Origin: Hypanus sabinus
Lineage: Eukaryota
Assembly: GCF_030144855.1 (NCBI RefSeq)
Contig: NC_082707.1
Coordinates: forward strand, 116,312,001-116,376,000
DNA length: 64,000 nt
Direction: 5' to 3'
Part shown: positions 62,546 to 64,000 of the stretch, in pieces
Layout of the letters: each line of letters starts with the position of its first letter
Numbering within the stretch: position 1 is the stretch's first letter
The notes under the pieces: model-generated
Database searches by the model: none
What the model saw: the letters and a program-made list of their open reading frames with translations, nothing else
Told to the model about the DNA's origin: nothing
Position numbers and translations under genes: made by a program

Positions 62546-63499
62546 ATCTAACAATAGATAAGGATAAACAGGCTAGAGAGTCATAGACCTATAGAGTATA
62601 GAAAGTAAACCCAATTCATCCTTGCCAAACAAGCTACCTCTCTGAGCTAATCCCATTTGTTACTTCAAACCTTTCCTATCCAAGTCCTTCTTAAATGTTT
62701 TCTCAATGTTTCAATTGAACCTGCCTCTACATTTCTTTTGGCATCCCATTAAATATTCCCACCACCCGTTGTGTGTACTTTTTCTCCTCGGGTGCTTTCT
62801 ATTTCTCCCTTTCACATCAAACTCCTGCCTTCTGAAGTTAGGCTCTCTGATCACGTGGCAAAGGCTGTGGCTGTTCGCCTTTGTTCTTAATAGGTTTCTA
62901 TAAGGTCATCCCTCAGTCTGAGATGGCCACAATGGGCCGAATGATCTGCTTGTAATATTAAATAAGAAAAACACTGCTACAGATGGAGCGAGCGTTGACA
63001 GCCCGAAGTGTTGTGGGGAGGGGCGGCTTTGTTTCTGTACTGGCCCACTATTTCAACGTAGCATTTAGTCTTGGGCAATCCACTATATTCTCCGGTTGGG
63101 CAGATCGCCACCTCTGGTGTAGGCCAAAAAGTGAAACAAACAATACGAAGAGAAAAATTCCTTGGGGGCGAAGGGGCGGTTTGTTCACATTAGGGTTGGT
63201 GGATACTAAGGGCTGGCAGAGGATAATCTAGTGAAGTCCTACACTGATTGTAACTGTGGAGAGCAATGCTGAGACCAGAAGCAACAGGATAGTGTAGGAC
63301 CCAAATGCATACTCTTGAGGGATGAGGTAAAAGGGCCATGCATATGAAGGACAGGCTAATGCTGAGACACTGGAACACTGGAAGACTTCACTAAAGAAAG
63401 ATGAGCCGAAATGCATGCAAGGAAACTATGTAAGTTAATGGACACTTAGTGCTTACTGATGACCATCCTATTTCTGCAGAGAGAAGAGGACCTAGTCCA

Positions 63500-63910
63500 A
63501 TATATCACTGGTAACACCCTCCCTACCATTGGTAGTATCTACATGAGGTGCACCTTTCGTTAAATCATCGGGCCATGTCATCTTCTCACAGGTACCATCG
63601 GCCACGAGGTAGAGAACCTGAAGTCCCACACCACCAGTTTCAGGAACAGTAGATTCCAGAACTTTCCTTCAACATGTTGGTTCTTAAATCAATTCTCAAA
63701 CCATAATTAATTACTATACTATTAACTTAGTGTAATAATTCTATAATCACTTTGTTCATGTTATTGTTCTCAGTTATATTATTGACATATTTAATGTTTT
63801 TACTTCTTCTTGTGCATAATGTGTATCTGATAACATGTTTAATGATGCTGCTGCAAGTGAGTTTTCCAATGCACCTGTGTATACTGTACCTGTACTTGTA
63901 CATTTGACAG
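63500..63910 (+). mobile_element. Rex1-type 3' fragment
   Basis: gggccatgtcatcttctcacaggtaccatcg...cacaccaccagtttcaggaacag matches the Rex1 3' region. Confidence 0.55.
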
Positions 63911-64000
63911 TGGGCTCGACTTTCGTTTTTCTTAACCGGAAAGAAGGCAAAGGGTAGGGATAGGAAAGTAATGTGATAGTAGAGTGGAGTCGGAAAGAAG

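Overview
Vertebrate genomic DNA. The repeat repertoire (CR1, Rex1/Babar, Penelope-like elements, V-SINE/HE1-type SINEs) suggests a cartilaginous fish, probably a ray; this is an inference. The window holds three intact, diverged three-coding-exon paralogs of EEF1AKMT3/METTL21B, a seven-beta-strand protein lysine methyltransferase. Gene A is join(5951..6046,3950..4061,494..894) on the minus strand. Gene B is join(24346..24516,25377..25488,27695..28098) on the plus strand. Gene C is join(40113..40238,41894..42005,48962..49356) on the plus strand. All three have a 112-nt middle exon, GT-AG introns and intact ELGSGTG and SDIVY motifs. The most striking feature is a young non-autonomous Gypsy-type LTR element (42382..46296, minus) in intron 2 of gene C, with near-identical LTRs, a CACT target-site duplication (TSD) and a tRNA-Pro primer-binding site (PBS). 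Its decayed PNMA-like gag, protease and RT run in frame into an intronless myosin heavy chain rod fragment that looks most like MYH16, and its coding region shows an apparent A-to-G bias. Also present are a related mini LTR element, a 2.2-kb solo LTR inflated by a 28-bp minisatellite, an inverted pair of near-identical CR1 copies sharing a premature stop, Penelope-derived hairpins and hammerhead-like motifs, and a 152-nt assembly gap. Homology calls come from recalled family sequences, not database searches.
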